Virus record (IMG/VR): IMGVR_UViG_3300031965_000001
Location: 7,267-71,266 of that record
Source of the DNA: a virus
DNA length: 64,000 nucleotides
Strand: one strand, 5' to 3'
Shown: positions 1-9,266 of the stretch, in pieces
How the letters are laid out: each line of letters opens with the position of its first letter
How positions within the stretch are numbered: the stretch's first letter is position 1
Translations under genes and position numbers: made by a program
Notes under the pieces: model-generated
Database searches by the model: none
What the model was told of the DNA's origin: nothing
What the model saw: only the letters and a program-made list of their open reading frames with translations

Positions 1-351
1 GTAAAAATTAAAATCACAAACTTCCCCGTCCTGCTCACAAAGAAGTTTTAAGTCATAATATGACCAAACAGCCTCCGCGCCACGCCAGAGAGGAATCCAC
101 GACTTTATATCAGGAGTTTTTGTGCTCCTAACTGCGTATTGGACAATGGCGTATTTTTTACCTTGTTCTTTCAACCTTTCGATTAAATCCGTCATTCTTT
201 CCAATCTACCGATGATATTCACGATAACAAGATCTGCGTCGTCTATGTTATTCACTATCTCCACTGAACTGGGGGCGTGTTTTTCTAAGGCGTTAATCAC
301 CCTTGTCATTCCCCTGTCTCCTTTTTTGTGGGTTCTGGTGAAAACCCTCAT
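1..351 (-). CDS. Putative glycosyltransferase, N-terminal part (runs off window edge; absent from ORF track)
   Basis: Hand translation from ATG 351 is open to base 1: MRVFTRTHKKGDRGMTRVINALEKHAP...DADLVIVNIIG...AVWSYYDLKLLCEQDGEVCDFNFY. ATGA overlap with the GT2 stop. GT call rests on remembered resemblance and context. Confidence 0.5.
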   Translation of the reverse strand, partial: MRVFTRTHKKGDRGMTRVINALEKHAPSSVEIVNNIDDADLVIVNIIGRLERMTDLIERLKEQGKKYAIVQYAVRSTKTPDIKSWIPLWRGAEAVWSYYDLKLLCEQDGEVCDFNFY

Positions 352-1238
352 TTGCCCCAGTGTAATTTCTCCCTCTCTTTTAGTTTCTCAACTTCTTCAT
401 CCGACCACCCTGGCATCGGCATAAATTGATCTATCAGCCAAGAAAGAGGATATTTTTGGTCTTGCCAAACTTTTTCTCCTGCGAAGAATCGCATATTCAT
501 ATTTCTACCTTGTTTAAGCCAGCTACCATTCAAAGAGTATCCTCTACCATATTTTTTGCCCTTGTGCAAGTGAAAAAAATGCGCCTTTTTATTTGTCATA
601 ACCATCCCATCTCCTGCTAGATATGCCCGGAATGAAAGTTCTTGCGCCTCGCTCCAAAATGGTCCCCAATTTTTATCATCCATAAGACCAAGTTTCTGAA
701 AGTATTTTTTTGGCATCATCCAGCAACTCCCTTGAAATCCTATGTTTGGCGAAATCAATTCATCTTTTTTTTCTCTCGATCTCTCATCCCACTTTCTTCC
801 ATTTAATCCTGCCCCACCATAATCAGATGGGTTGTCTGGGAATGAAAGATACTCATAATCAATATGAGGCTTCCCCACATCCTGTTCACACCAATTCTCA
901 GCATCAAGGCGTCTTCGTTGTGGGATAACCACCCAATTGTCTTCGCACTCAGACGTTAAAACTTCATCAAACCCTTTTGACACGGAACAGTGACCGTCGA
1001 TCTTCACAAGATAATCTCCCTTTGCTATTGCTGCACAAGAATTTATTCCAGCCCTCATACCCATCGGTATCCCTTTATGTATATAAATAACCCTCGGATC
1101 GTCAATAGGATCACACCAATACCCATCGAGCGACACGATCACCTCAACATCTCCAGTACAGTTTTGTAAAATATCACGAATCGTATTGTCGAGGAATTTT
1201 TCATTGCGGGAAGGTATTAAGAAGGATGTCTTGGGCAT
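348..1238 (-). CDS. Glycosyltransferase family 2 (GT-A)
   Basis: SFLIPSRNE start, VIVSLDG, GMRAGINSCAAIAKGDYLVKIDGHC (DxH/DxD region), GSCWMM. Confidence 0.85.
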   Translation of the reverse strand: MPKTSFLIPSRNEKFLDNTIRDILQNCTGDVEVIVSLDGYWCDPIDDPRVIYIHKGIPMGMRAGINSCAAIAKGDYLVKIDGHCSVSKGFDEVLTSECEDNWVVIPQRRRLDAENWCEQDVGKPHIDYEYLSFPDNPSDYGGAGLNGRKWDERSREKKDELISPNIGFQGSCWMMPKKYFQKLGLMDDKNWGPFWSEAQELSFRAYLAGDGMVMTNKKAHFFHLHKGKKYGRGYSLNGSWLKQGRNMNMRFFAGEKVWQDQKYPLSWLIDQFMPMPGWSDEEVEKLKEREKLHWGK

Positions 1239-1247
1239 GAATGAATT

Positions 1248-1913
1248 CTAACCAATCCCATAAGCTGCCGCAAGGAATTTTTCTACCTCTGTAATATCTG
1301 CGTTTTCTGGAAGACTGCACTTCTCAAATTCCTCTTTACAGTGTTCCTCTAGCTGAAAAATCCTAGAAAAAATATCGCTGTCTGACTTTAGCCCGTTTTT
1401 TATTTGTACTAATTCCTCCAAGACTCCACCAGAATACTGCCCTATCAGTTCTCCTGTCTTCAAAAGATGCAACAGCTGGTATAGGGTTCTAACATGGGCA
1501 CAAGCATATTTGTATTTTCTGTTATCCCTTATGCCGTCATGGTCACGGAACTTTTTCTCCTGATTTTTCGAGTATCCTAAAAAGGCGTGAAAGCACCTTT
1601 TTGATAGGAATTTTGGTAATAATTTCTTCAAATCTTCGCCTAGAGGCGTCGTTGTTTTCGGAAGACCAACTAATACCTCTAAGGAAGATGGATTGCCCTG
1701 AGCGCACATTTTTAGGAACTTACATAATTCGTATGCAGTTGCATCCGTGTTCTCACCCTCAACCCAATGAGAATCCTTGACCGTTCTAAAAGGAGAAATA
1801 ATTTCGATAGGAGAAACCATAAAAACACCCCTTATATCTTCGTCGCTCTCTGGCGTGGCAGTACCGTGTAACCTAGAGCCGACGATGGTTGTGAGGATGA
1901 AATTCTTTTTCAT
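1248..1913 (-). CDS. Pol-beta superfamily nucleotidyltransferase (RlaP-like)
   Basis: GSRLHGTATPESDEDIRGVF = GS-x(10)-DxD motif. Start moved to ATG 1913, 1 nt after the PNK stop. Confidence 0.8.
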   Translation of the reverse strand: MKKNFILTTIVGSRLHGTATPESDEDIRGVFMVSPIEIISPFRTVKDSHWVEGENTDATAYELCKFLKMCAQGNPSSLEVLVGLPKTTTPLGEDLKKLLPKFLSKRCFHAFLGYSKNQEKKFRDHDGIRDNRKYKYACAHVRTLYQLLHLLKTGELIGQYSGGVLEELVQIKNGLKSDSDIFSRIFQLEEHCKEEFEKCSLPENADITEVEKFLAAAYGIG

Positions 1914-1914
1914 C

Positions 1915-2787
1915 TTAGAAATCATAATTAGGGTCTCCAACCTGAAAAACGTGAAGCCCCATTTTTCTCCATGCGTCACAAACTCTCGGTCGGTCGTCCA
2001 CAATAAACCTAGGGTTGAATTTTCCTCTTATATTTTCATCAAACATTCTAGTCTTAATCAATGCATCGTTCTCTGTATTACCCTCTGGTCTTATAAAGAA
2101 ATGGTGGTATTTTATTCCGTGTTTTTCGAGCCACTCCTTCGTTTCTTTTTCGCAAACCCCATCCCTTCCTGTCAAAATAATAATTTGATAACCAAGATCG
2201 TAATATGTTCTAGCCATGTGAGCAACTGGCTCGTTGACATCATCTTCTCCTACTCTGGACCAGTCGAAAGGTCCACGGTTTTTCATCAAAGCAAGCGTAC
2301 CGTCAGCGTCGAAAATTGCAGCATCAGGGAGCGAGTCGTCCATTTCATAACTATGCCTATGCACCTTCGGTCGTATGTACTGATTATACATTTGCATAAT
2401 CACCTTAACACCAACAGGATTTTCTCTTTTTGAGTCTCTATCAATACAAACATCAAGGGGGGTATCGAATTCTTTAATTTCAAAGTCTGCGCCATGAAAT
2501 TCTGCGAGAGAACGATATCTCTCTTCGTGGTAAGGATTGAAGTTTGTAGAATCTATTATCGGGATTCGACCAGATTCCAATGCCGCCTGTGCAATCGAAA
2601 ATTCAAACGCCTGAATCATTTTTTCCTTCGCCTTGCTCCATTTTCCATCGTGGAACATTTTTCTTAAATCATCTTTTGAAATTCTGACATATTTTATGGG
2701 GTCTTTTTCGACCAACGAACGGGCGTGTGTGCTTTTTCCAGAACTGGGTAAACCTCGTAAAAAATATATCTTTACCTTATTTACCAT
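1915..2787 (-). CDS. pseT: Polynucleotide 5'-kinase/3'-phosphatase (T4 PseT-like)
   Basis: P-loop RGLPSSGKST, RISKDDLR, HAD motif FDADGTLA, TGRD, VDDRPRV. Start placed at ATG 2787. Confidence 0.92.
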   Translation of the reverse strand: MVNKVKIYFLRGLPSSGKSTHARSLVEKDPIKYVRISKDDLRKMFHDGKWSKAKEKMIQAFEFSIAQAALESGRIPIIDSTNFNPYHEERYRSLAEFHGADFEIKEFDTPLDVCIDRDSKRENPVGVKVIMQMYNQYIRPKVHRHSYEMDDSLPDAAIFDADGTLALMKNRGPFDWSRVGEDDVNEPVAHMARTYYDLGYQIIILTGRDGVCEKETKEWLEKHGIKYHHFFIRPEGNTENDALIKTRMFDENIRGKFNPRFIVDDRPRVCDAWRKMGLHVFQVGDPNYDF

Positions 2788-2788
2788 T

Positions 2789-3886
2789 TTATTCTTCATC
2801 TTTAGAGAACGGTAGTGAATAAGGAGGCTCAACCATTTTCCATATAATTTCAGAATAGTCCTTTCCATCATACATGGAAAATAGGATGGAACTATACTCA
2901 CCACCCATTGCTCTTGCCATAGACGCAAAGTATTTTTTCCTCTCTTTTTGATCTTTTATTTTTTTCATCGAACTCATATCCATAATTGCTTCAAGTGTCT
3001 CCTTAGCCTGAGATTCTATATCGTTGTAATCGAATTCTATGTCCCTATATACCTTATTTGCCCATCTGAAAAATTCATCTGGCATTCCCTCTATCAGTTT
3101 CAATATGTCATCACCATTCTTCATGCCTTCCCAAATCTTTCGAGAGCTTGTCTGCGTTAAAATAGAGTGGAACCTGACATATTCTGGCAATTTGATTTTT
3201 ACTCTCAGATCGTCTTCAAATTTAACAACAACCCCTTCATTTTGCCCATCATCTATTGCAGAATCCAAATATTCATCTTTTGAAAGTTCAAATTTTTTCA
3301 CAATAGGAAACCCTACATTCTTAGCCACAGCCTCACAATATTTTCTGCCCATACTCTTCCCTGTCTCATTATCCAAAACATCTAGGAGTATAAGTTCCTC
3401 AAAATTATATTTTACGACGATTCTATTTTGTGGGTGAATTAACTCGAATAAAAGACTTTTCCCCTCTGGGAATCTAAAAATTGGCAAATATTTCTCAAGG
3501 AATAAATTCTTTCCAATTTCTGCTTGGACTGATTTGAAACTACCGACCGTGGAGAAACGCAAAAAACCACCGTACTTAAAAACCATAAAAAGAGATCCGT
3601 CCATTTTTTCCGTCACCTCATATTTTTTACTCCAATCTATTTTTTGCAATATAATCCCGTCGTGTTCTGAGTCGTTGAAAAATTTTCTAAATCCCCTCGC
3701 AACAACATTCCCACCATCGTCGAGAACCAATCCCCTACAAATTATAGAAAGATCGTCCCATTTTCTTTCGTAGGCACATTTTGCTGTGTATTTATATATT
3801 GTGAGCGGTAATCTGCTGTGCCGAGATGATCTAACGAGACCGCGCTCCACTAGATCATTTATTTTTTCTATGTCAACCCTCGTCAT
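2789..3886 (-). CDS. rnlA: RNA ligase 1 (T4 RnlA-like)
   Basis: CRGLVLD, adenylation motif TEKMDGS, LFELIHPQNRIVV, EGVVV, RVKIK. Confidence 0.9.
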   Translation of the reverse strand: MTRVDIEKINDLVERGLVRSSRHSRLPLTIYKYTAKCAYERKWDDLSIICRGLVLDDGGNVVARGFRKFFNDSEHDGIILQKIDWSKKYEVTEKMDGSLFMVFKYGGFLRFSTVGSFKSVQAEIGKNLFLEKYLPIFRFPEGKSLLFELIHPQNRIVVKYNFEELILLDVLDNETGKSMGRKYCEAVAKNVGFPIVKKFELSKDEYLDSAIDDGQNEGVVVKFEDDLRVKIKLPEYVRFHSILTQTSSRKIWEGMKNGDDILKLIEGMPDEFFRWANKVYRDIEFDYNDIESQAKETLEAIMDMSSMKKIKDQKERKKYFASMARAMGGEYSSILFSMYDGKDYSEIIWKMVEPPYSLPFSKDEE

Positions 3887-4181
3887 TTTTAAGAGAAGAA
3901 AGCATATTTTCGACTGCTTTTCTACTCTCTTCTTTCTCTTCTACTAGTTCTTTTGGTGGATACTCCTGATCTAAACCTATAAGAAAAAATCCATATTCAA
4001 AATACTGGAATTGACATGTTTCGAGGGATATTCGCGTAGCCTCCTGTTTGCTATCTGCGACCATCATGCAACTTCCCTTTTTGAGCTGTTCTTTTGTTGA
4101 CATCGCGCTTGCAAAATCCATATAGCCCCTCCATTTCCCATCAGGACATTCTAAGACGACGAGGACATTATCTGCTGACAC
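3873..4181 (-). CDS. Hypothetical protein
   Basis: ORF packed in an operon with neighbours, GTG start. Confidence 0.6.
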   Translation of the reverse strand: MSADNVLVVLECPDGKWRGYMDFASAMSTKEQLKKGSCMMVADSKQEATRISLETCQFQYFEYGFFLIGLDQEYPPKELVEEKEESRKAVENMLSSLKNDEG

Positions 4182-4366
4182 TATCTTTGTTGGGCAAGTT
4201 TTTGCAAAAGAACCTCACTCTCCCACTCATTCCTAGCCCAAGAAATGAAATCCTCTCCGTTCTCGTACCTCTCAACCACCCCACCCTCCTCATATGATTC
4301 CATCCATTCTGACTCTAATTCTTCCCTGTTCTCTTCCAGCCACAAATCGAAACTGATATGTTCCAT
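4181..4366 (-). CDS. Small acidic hypothetical protein, leaderless
   Basis: 61 aa; ATG lies 6 nt after a TAGTAT -10 box. Confidence 0.65.
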   Translation of the reverse strand: MEHISFDLWLEENREELESEWMESYEEGGVVERYENGEDFISWARNEWESEVLLQKLAQQR

Positions 4367-4372
4367 GTGTAA

Positions 4373-4401
4373 ATACTAGCAGATATTTCTACAAAAATCA
4401 A
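4373..4401 (-). promoter_or_regulatory. Sigma70-type promoter
   Basis: TTGATT-17 nt-TAGTAT, then 6 nt to ATG 4366. Confidence 0.7.
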
Positions 4402-4405
4402 TAGC

Positions 4406-4675
4406 TCAGAGCAACAATTTTACATAGATGTCATCCTTATTTAATCCTGTCTCATGAGCAGCAACTGACGCAAATTGATAGATAATCTGATCCAATACAT
4501 AATCTAAAGAATCCCCAGATGTAGAATCCCATAAAAAGTCAAGAGTCCTGATGCTGGCCAGCATAATGTCTGATATTCGAGCGATCCCGTTTTCTGACGC
4601 ACCATTCTCTACCATTGTTTCTCTGCATGAAACATACGCATTAGCAAGCCGCTGTTTTCTAGTTTGCTCAACCAT
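4406..4675 (-). CDS. Hypothetical protein
   Basis: Start placed at ATG 4675 (MVEQTRKQ), overlapping the upstream stop. Confidence 0.6.
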   Translation of the reverse strand: MVEQTRKQRLANAYVSCRETMVENGASENGIARISDIMLASIRTLDFLWDSTSGDSLDYVLDQIIYQFASVAAHETGLNKDDIYVKLLL

Positions 4676-5228
4676 TTTCTTTGGAGAGGAACTTGATTTC
4701 TTTGTCCGCGAATTCCGCAATTCCCGAAATTTCAGCCTCTGATGATTTTTGAAAAAAATAATCGACATTAATTCTAAGGTTCCTATAGGGCGTTTTACTC
4801 ATTCCAAATTTAAGAAGCATCATTTTCATCAGGTTCTTATATTGCTCTTCTCTGGGGGTAAATACTACCCCGCCATCACACATCAACATTGACAGTGCTC
4901 TTCTGCTCGGACAGTGAATTCTAAAAACATATCTTATCTTTATTGATTTTTTCCCGTTTAACCTCTCTCCCCGCTTACATAGCTTGTCCATATTTGGATC
5001 AATCAGAGCGACTGAATATTTCCCCATGAATTCAGCGGCTCTCAGAAATGCCTTTTGTGTTACCGAAATATAGGAACACGATTCCTCTTCTGGTGGGGAA
5101 TTCAATCGAACTATTTTTGATTCAACCGTCTCTCCGTTACAAAGAAATTCATACGCACCGATGGCGATGTCTCCTTGCTTCTTTGCATACACATAAATAT
5201 CTGATATGAACTCTGCCTCGTATTGCAT
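4668..5228 (-). CDS. Hypothetical protein, possible degenerate RNase H fold
   Basis: Pattern resembles RNase HI (IYVYAK..GAYEF; QKAFLRAAE; terminal FADKEIK) but most catalytic acids are absent. Confidence 0.3.
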   Translation of the reverse strand: MQYEAEFISDIYVYAKKQGDIAIGAYEFLCNGETVESKIVRLNSPPEEESCSYISVTQKAFLRAAEFMGKYSVALIDPNMDKLCKRGERLNGKKSIKIRYVFRIHCPSRRALSMLMCDGGVVFTPREEQYKNLMKMMLLKFGMSKTPYRNLRINVDYFFQKSSEAEISGIAEFADKEIKFLSKENG

Positions 5229-5237
5229 GAAAAGACA

Positions 5238-5420
5238 TTACACTTTTTTAATCCAGTGTTCAAATACTTTTATTGTTTCTCCATCCTCTGTTTTCATAAA
5301 ATACCGTGGGGTTCCGCACATATCTTCTTTTTCACCCGTATACTCCAAAAGGGTACCGATTGGGATACCCTTTGGGTTACTATTTATGATCTTAAATTTG
5401 TCACCTTCTTGCCAGTCCAT
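5238..5420 (-). CDS. Small hypothetical protein
   Basis: 60-aa ORF in operon. Confidence 0.55.
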   Translation of the reverse strand: MDWQEGDKFKIINSNPKGIPIGTLLEYTGEKEDMCGTPRYFMKTEDGETIKVFEHWIKKV

Positions 5421-5427
5421 GCTGCGA

Positions 5428-5961
5428 TTATAGCTGAGATACCAGCATTTTCAATATCTGATTCTTGGATTCCTTTGTTAGATTGCAATTTAAGACATCT
5501 CTCATTACTGAGAAATTTTCTTTTTCTGATTTCTCAACTTTCTTTTCTTGCTCTTTGGTCTTTGGGCTTTCTATTTTAGTTATTTTTTGTTGCCCCTTGT
5601 CCTGAAAAGCATCAATAAAAGATTGAAGTTCAGAGTGAAATTTCTTAGTCGTACTTTTTCTATGCCCTTTTAGAACTTGGCATAGGCTTTCTGGAGTAAG
5701 GCTGATATATTCTCTACCAATCTGTTTTTGGGAAAGGCCAGAGGATTCAATTGCGCTAGATAACCTCTTTCTAAGGTCGCTATTTATTTTAACGAGCGGA
5801 ACGCCGTTTCTTTTTTTAATAGTGTACGATCTTTTTTTCTTGGAACGACCATATTTTTCTAATTTGCTATTTTTTGAGACTACACCGACTGTTGTTATGG
5901 GGGGGGGTGTGACCACCGGACTGAAAGTATCCATGATTTTTTTTGGGAAAAAATTAATCAT
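5428..5961 (-). CDS. Putative HTH DNA-binding protein
   Basis: XRE-like segment LSSAIESSGLSQKQIGREYISLTPESLCQVLKG; own promoter TTGACT-17-TAGTAT at 5996-5968. Confidence 0.55.
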   Translation of the reverse strand: MINFFPKKIMDTFSPVVTPPPITTVGVVSKNSKLEKYGRSKKKRSYTIKKRNGVPLVKINSDLRKRLSSAIESSGLSQKQIGREYISLTPESLCQVLKGHRKSTTKKFHSELQSFIDAFQDKGQQKITKIESPKTKEQEKKVEKSEKENFSVMRDVLNCNLTKESKNQILKMLVSQL

Positions 5962-5967
5962 GTAAAA

Positions 5968-5996
5968 ATACTAGCATAGCCAAATAACAAAGTCAA
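5968..5996 (-). promoter_or_regulatory. Sigma70-type promoter with extended -10
   Basis: TTGACT-17 nt (ending TGC)-TAGTAT-6 nt-ATG 5961. Confidence 0.75.
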
Positions 5997-6514
5997 ATCT
6001 TTTTCTTCAGTGCTGCTCCTAATTTGGAGTACCGATCCAAGGTTTGATAATAGTAACGATGCAAAAACCGAAGTGAAAATGCCTCTTGAATACCCCTTGC
6101 CTGTATCAATTTCCATAACCAGATCAGGCGGCCACATCGTCCGTTCAGGTCTTCACACGGATGAATGTATTCATATTCATTGTGTGCTTTCCATGCGTCC
6201 ATCTCATCAAAATTCTCCCAAAATTTATCCATTAACTTTTGAACGTCTCTCCAGTCTGGGCAAACATGATTGCCAATCTGAACACTGCATCTCCTGTATT
6301 CCCCCTTATACATCAAGCTGCGACCTTCTGATAAAGATAAGTGAAGCTCTAAAAATTCCTTTTCTCCTATCTTCTCATACTCCAAAAATTTCTTTGCAGC
6401 ACTAACATCGTTTCTATTAAGAACACCTATCCAATTCTTTTCGTCTTCAAGTTCAAACTCTATGGCGTTCGACTCGCGCATGAACTTTTCAATAAGATTT
6501 TCGGGGATTTCCAT
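5993..6514 (-). CDS. Fic/Doc family protein
   Basis: HPCEDLNGRCGR matches the Fic motif HPFxDGNGRxxR; ESNAIE; YRRCSVQIG. Confidence 0.85.
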   Translation of the reverse strand: MEIPENLIEKFMRESNAIEFELEDEKNWIGVLNRNDVSAAKKFLEYEKIGEKEFLELHLSLSEGRSLMYKGEYRRCSVQIGNHVCPDWRDVQKLMDKFWENFDEMDAWKAHNEYEYIHPCEDLNGRCGRLIWLWKLIQARGIQEAFSLRFLHRYYYQTLDRYSKLGAALKKKI

Positions 6515-6520
6515 GGGAGA

Positions 6521-6549
6521 ATACTAGCAGTTTTTTCCAACGAAATCAA
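6521..6549 (-). promoter_or_regulatory. Sigma70-type promoter
   Basis: TTGATT-17-TAGTAT-6 nt-ATG 6514. Confidence 0.7.
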
Positions 6550-6608
6550 CCACTTTTTTCTGTACCAGAGTAGTGGCAGTATTCCTTAGCTGCCTCCAAA
6601 AGTTTCAG

Positions 6609-6914
6609 CTATCTCTTCTCGATGTCCAAAAGAAAAATCCTGTATTTCTGTGCCTCATTAGCAAGAACATAACGAAATTGGTTAATCTTCTGAGCCTTCG
6701 TGCATCGTGCCGCACCAGTCTCCTCTAGGTACTGGAGGCTTTCTTTCACCTCCTCATCCAATTCGACCCGAAACTCCCAAAAAGACCTCTGCAACCTCGC
6801 CCTCTCATTCTCGCACGCATCTGAGATTTCTCTCGACAGTTCATCTAGCTCATTTGAGTCTGATGGAGCGGAGTTAATCATGTGGTTCATGTCAACGGAT
6901 GTCCATTCGCTCAT
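6609..6914 (-). CDS. Hypothetical helical protein
   Basis: 101-aa ORF. Confidence 0.55.
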   Translation of the reverse strand: MSEWTSVDMNHMINSAPSDSNELDELSREISDACENERARLQRSFWEFRVELDEEVKESLQYLEETGAARCTKAQKINQFRYVLANEAQKYRIFLLDIEKR

Positions 6915-6986
6915 GCTCCAATATTAACACACGCGTCAAGATTTCAAAAATCCCCCCCTTGTGTAAATACCTCGTCATGGTGTACG

Positions 6987-7814
6987 ATGGTATTTGTGTC
7001 GGCTCCTAAAAAGAGAAAGGGCGAAGACGACTACTACAAGGTAGTAATTATTAGCGACCCCCATGCACAATTCTTAGACCAAAAAGCATTTAATCTATTC
7101 TTACAAATTTATACAGAAAATAAATTTGACCTTCTCGTTTGCAACGGTGACTTCATGGATTTCCCAACACTCTCGTCTTTCGCTAAGAGAATTGAGACCT
7201 TTAACCCATATATCATTAAAGAATATAGCCTTGGAGAAGAAATTGATTTCGTCGAAAAAAATATATTAGACCCCCTTCATAACGCACAAAAAAATACACC
7301 AAAATTATTCAGGATAGGAAATCACGAAAAGCGCTTCCTCCGACCAGTCAGAGACAACGCCACTGCCCTGTCTGAAATCCTCGAAGAGTGCAGAAAAAGA
7401 GGATCAACAAAACTAGAAGAATTACTACACTTTGACAAATATAACACAAAAATCAGCTACCGACATACCGATATTCTTAGGGGAAAATTTGCACTAATCC
7501 ACGGTACACACCTTGGACAAAATAGATGCGAAAAATACCTCAGAGAATTTATGATGTCTGGTACGAGCGGACATTCACATCAGGGTCTCCGAGGAGAAAA
7601 AACAATATACGGGAAACAGGGAATAGAATGGGTAGAGAGCTTTTGTCTGAGAACAATAAAAAATATCGAATATATGGAAGAGGGGATGATACCAAATTGG
7701 TCACACGGATTCGTAACGGTATGGTTCAAAAAGGGAAGCGACCGTATGCACATCAAACAACATAAATTCAATGGGTACGAGTGTGAGTTCCACGGAAAGG
7801 TTTACCGCTCTTGA
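6987..7814 (+). CDS. Calcineurin-like metallophosphoesterase
   Basis: SDPH, NGDFMD, GNHE, IHG, GHSH motifs; start placed at ATG 6987. Confidence 0.85.
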   Translation: MVFVSAPKKRKGEDDYYKVVIISDPHAQFLDQKAFNLFLQIYTENKFDLLVCNGDFMDFPTLSSFAKRIETFNPYIIKEYSLGEEIDFVEKNILDPLHNAQKNTPKLFRIGNHEKRFLRPVRDNATALSEILEECRKRGSTKLEELLHFDKYNTKISYRHTDILRGKFALIHGTHLGQNRCEKYLREFMMSGTSGHSHQGLRGEKTIYGKQGIEWVESFCLRTIKNIEYMEEGMIPNWSHGFVTVWFKKGSDRMHIKQHKFNGYECEFHGKVYRS

Positions 7815-7875
7815 GTTCTGAGGCACATGCCATGGATGAACCGAGAAGCCACTTGGTCTTTAGCCTAGTGGTAGT

Positions 7876-8202
7876 TCACTTATTCTTCTCTTTTCCTAGA
7901 ACCCTTAGAAGGAAAGCGCCAAAATCATTATTAAAATATCCTAAAGTGGTTCCCATGAGGGCATGTAAGAAAAAAGGCGTTTGTGAATCGTTAAATTGAA
8001 AAATTGCATTTGTTACTGATAAAGTCCATAAAATAATAATAATCGTATTAACGATAGCAATGGCAGCTTTTCTGCCCTCAATCCTAGTGACATCTACCCC
8101 TATCAACCCTCTCATAATCCAGCCAAAAACAACCCCTACTGCAAATCCAATTGCGAGAGCTGTAAAACTATCAATAAATTGTAAAAAGGCGTAGTCGATC
8201 AT
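7876..8202 (-). CDS. Small multi-pass membrane protein (holin candidate)
   Basis: Three hydrophobic segments and a basic C-terminus. Confidence 0.45.
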   Translation of the reverse strand: MIDYAFLQFIDSFTALAIGFAVGVVFGWIMRGLIGVDVTRIEGRKAAIAIVNTIIIILWTLSVTNAIFQFNDSQTPFFLHALMGTTLGYFNNDFGAFLLRVLGKEKNK

Positions 8203-8624
8203 GTTGGGTATGTAATAGTCTTCACCGCCCCCTTCTTAAATTCAACGACAAAGTGATTATCACATCCATGTTGTATATCATGGACAGCCCCTCCAGCAAA
8301 AAACAATCTCACAGTTCCATAATATTTTCCACTTAGGCTTTGGGAATCAGTGGGCGTTATCGGTATCTCTAAAATCCCCAATGAAATATCTATGTCATCG
8401 GTATCTTTCGTGAGAACCGCATCTGCGTCTGCGTCACCGATATTTCTCTTGAGAAGAAAAAGAACATCTTCGATAGCCGCTGGGTCAATATCCTGCTTTC
8501 TATCTTCTGTCACTGACCACCCTTTTGAATAGGTCAACTCTATCTGAATGACCCTATTGTTCCCCGATGGTGCTATAGCCTTTGACATATAGATATTATA
8601 TGTCAACTCTCCAATTTTACCCAC
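8199..8624 (-). CDS. BppU-N-like beta protein, possible virion component
   Basis: VLFLLKR...GILEIPITPTDSQSLSGKYYGTVRL resembles baseplate-upper N-terminal domains. Confidence 0.4.
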   Translation of the reverse strand: MGKIGELTYNIYMSKAIAPSGNNRVIQIELTYSKGWSVTEDRKQDIDPAAIEDVLFLLKRNIGDADADAVLTKDTDDIDISLGILEIPITPTDSQSLSGKYYGTVRLFFAGGAVHDIQHGCDNHFVVEFKKGAVKTITYPT

Positions 8625-8710
8625 AGATTATGTATTGCTAAGAAATTATTGCATTTCGTGGAAAAATGTGCTACACTTCCCATATATTATCACCTATTTC
8701 TCAATTAAAT

Positions 8711-9265
8711 ATGAGCTGTATAGTCGCAATCCGAAATGATAAAGGTGTAATAATGGGGGCAGATTCCTGTGTATCAAGTTACTATCATCGTGCGACCCCT
8801 CAAAAGGAACCAAAGATCAAAATGGTCGGGGAATATATATTCGGCACCGCTGGTGGCGCAAGGGAGGGGCAGATCATCAAAAATGCCATAGCAACAAAAA
8901 AATATAATGAGAAAGATGATTTCTTTTATCATTGCATTAACATCCTCATACCAGAAATAAAAACTGCTCTGGGACAGGCTGGGTGCCTTAAAAAGGAAAG
9001 AGAAATTGAGGAATTCAACGGAGAGATACTTATAGGGCATGGGACTAGGTTGATGAGGGTAGGAGGCTCTTTCGCTGTTATAGAGCACATTGATGACTTT
9101 TTAGCTATAGGATGTGGCGAGGAATGGGCAATAGGGGCAATGTACGCATTGAAGAAAAACATGAAAAAAATGTCGGACAAAGAGGTGCTAGAAAATGCCC
9201 TACTCGCTGCGACCCAATATTCTGGATTTGTGAAGGGACCATATCATTTCCTACAAAACTATTAG
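8711..9265 (+). CDS. HslV/proteasome-beta-like Ntn hydrolase
   Basis: MSCIVAI...GADS, KI, GTAG, AIGCG pattern; start placed at ATG 8711. Confidence 0.75.
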   Translation: MSCIVAIRNDKGVIMGADSCVSSYYHRATPQKEPKIKMVGEYIFGTAGGAREGQIIKNAIATKKYNEKDDFFYHCINILIPEIKTALGQAGCLKKEREIEEFNGEILIGHGTRLMRVGGSFAVIEHIDDFLAIGCGEEWAIGAMYALKKNMKKMSDKEVLENALLAATQYSGFVKGPYHFLQNY

Positions 9266-9266
9266 T

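Noticed and set aside
5899-5907. G9 tract in the HTH gene as a phase-variation switch
   Set aside because: In frame (TPPP), and no read-level evidence of length variation is available.
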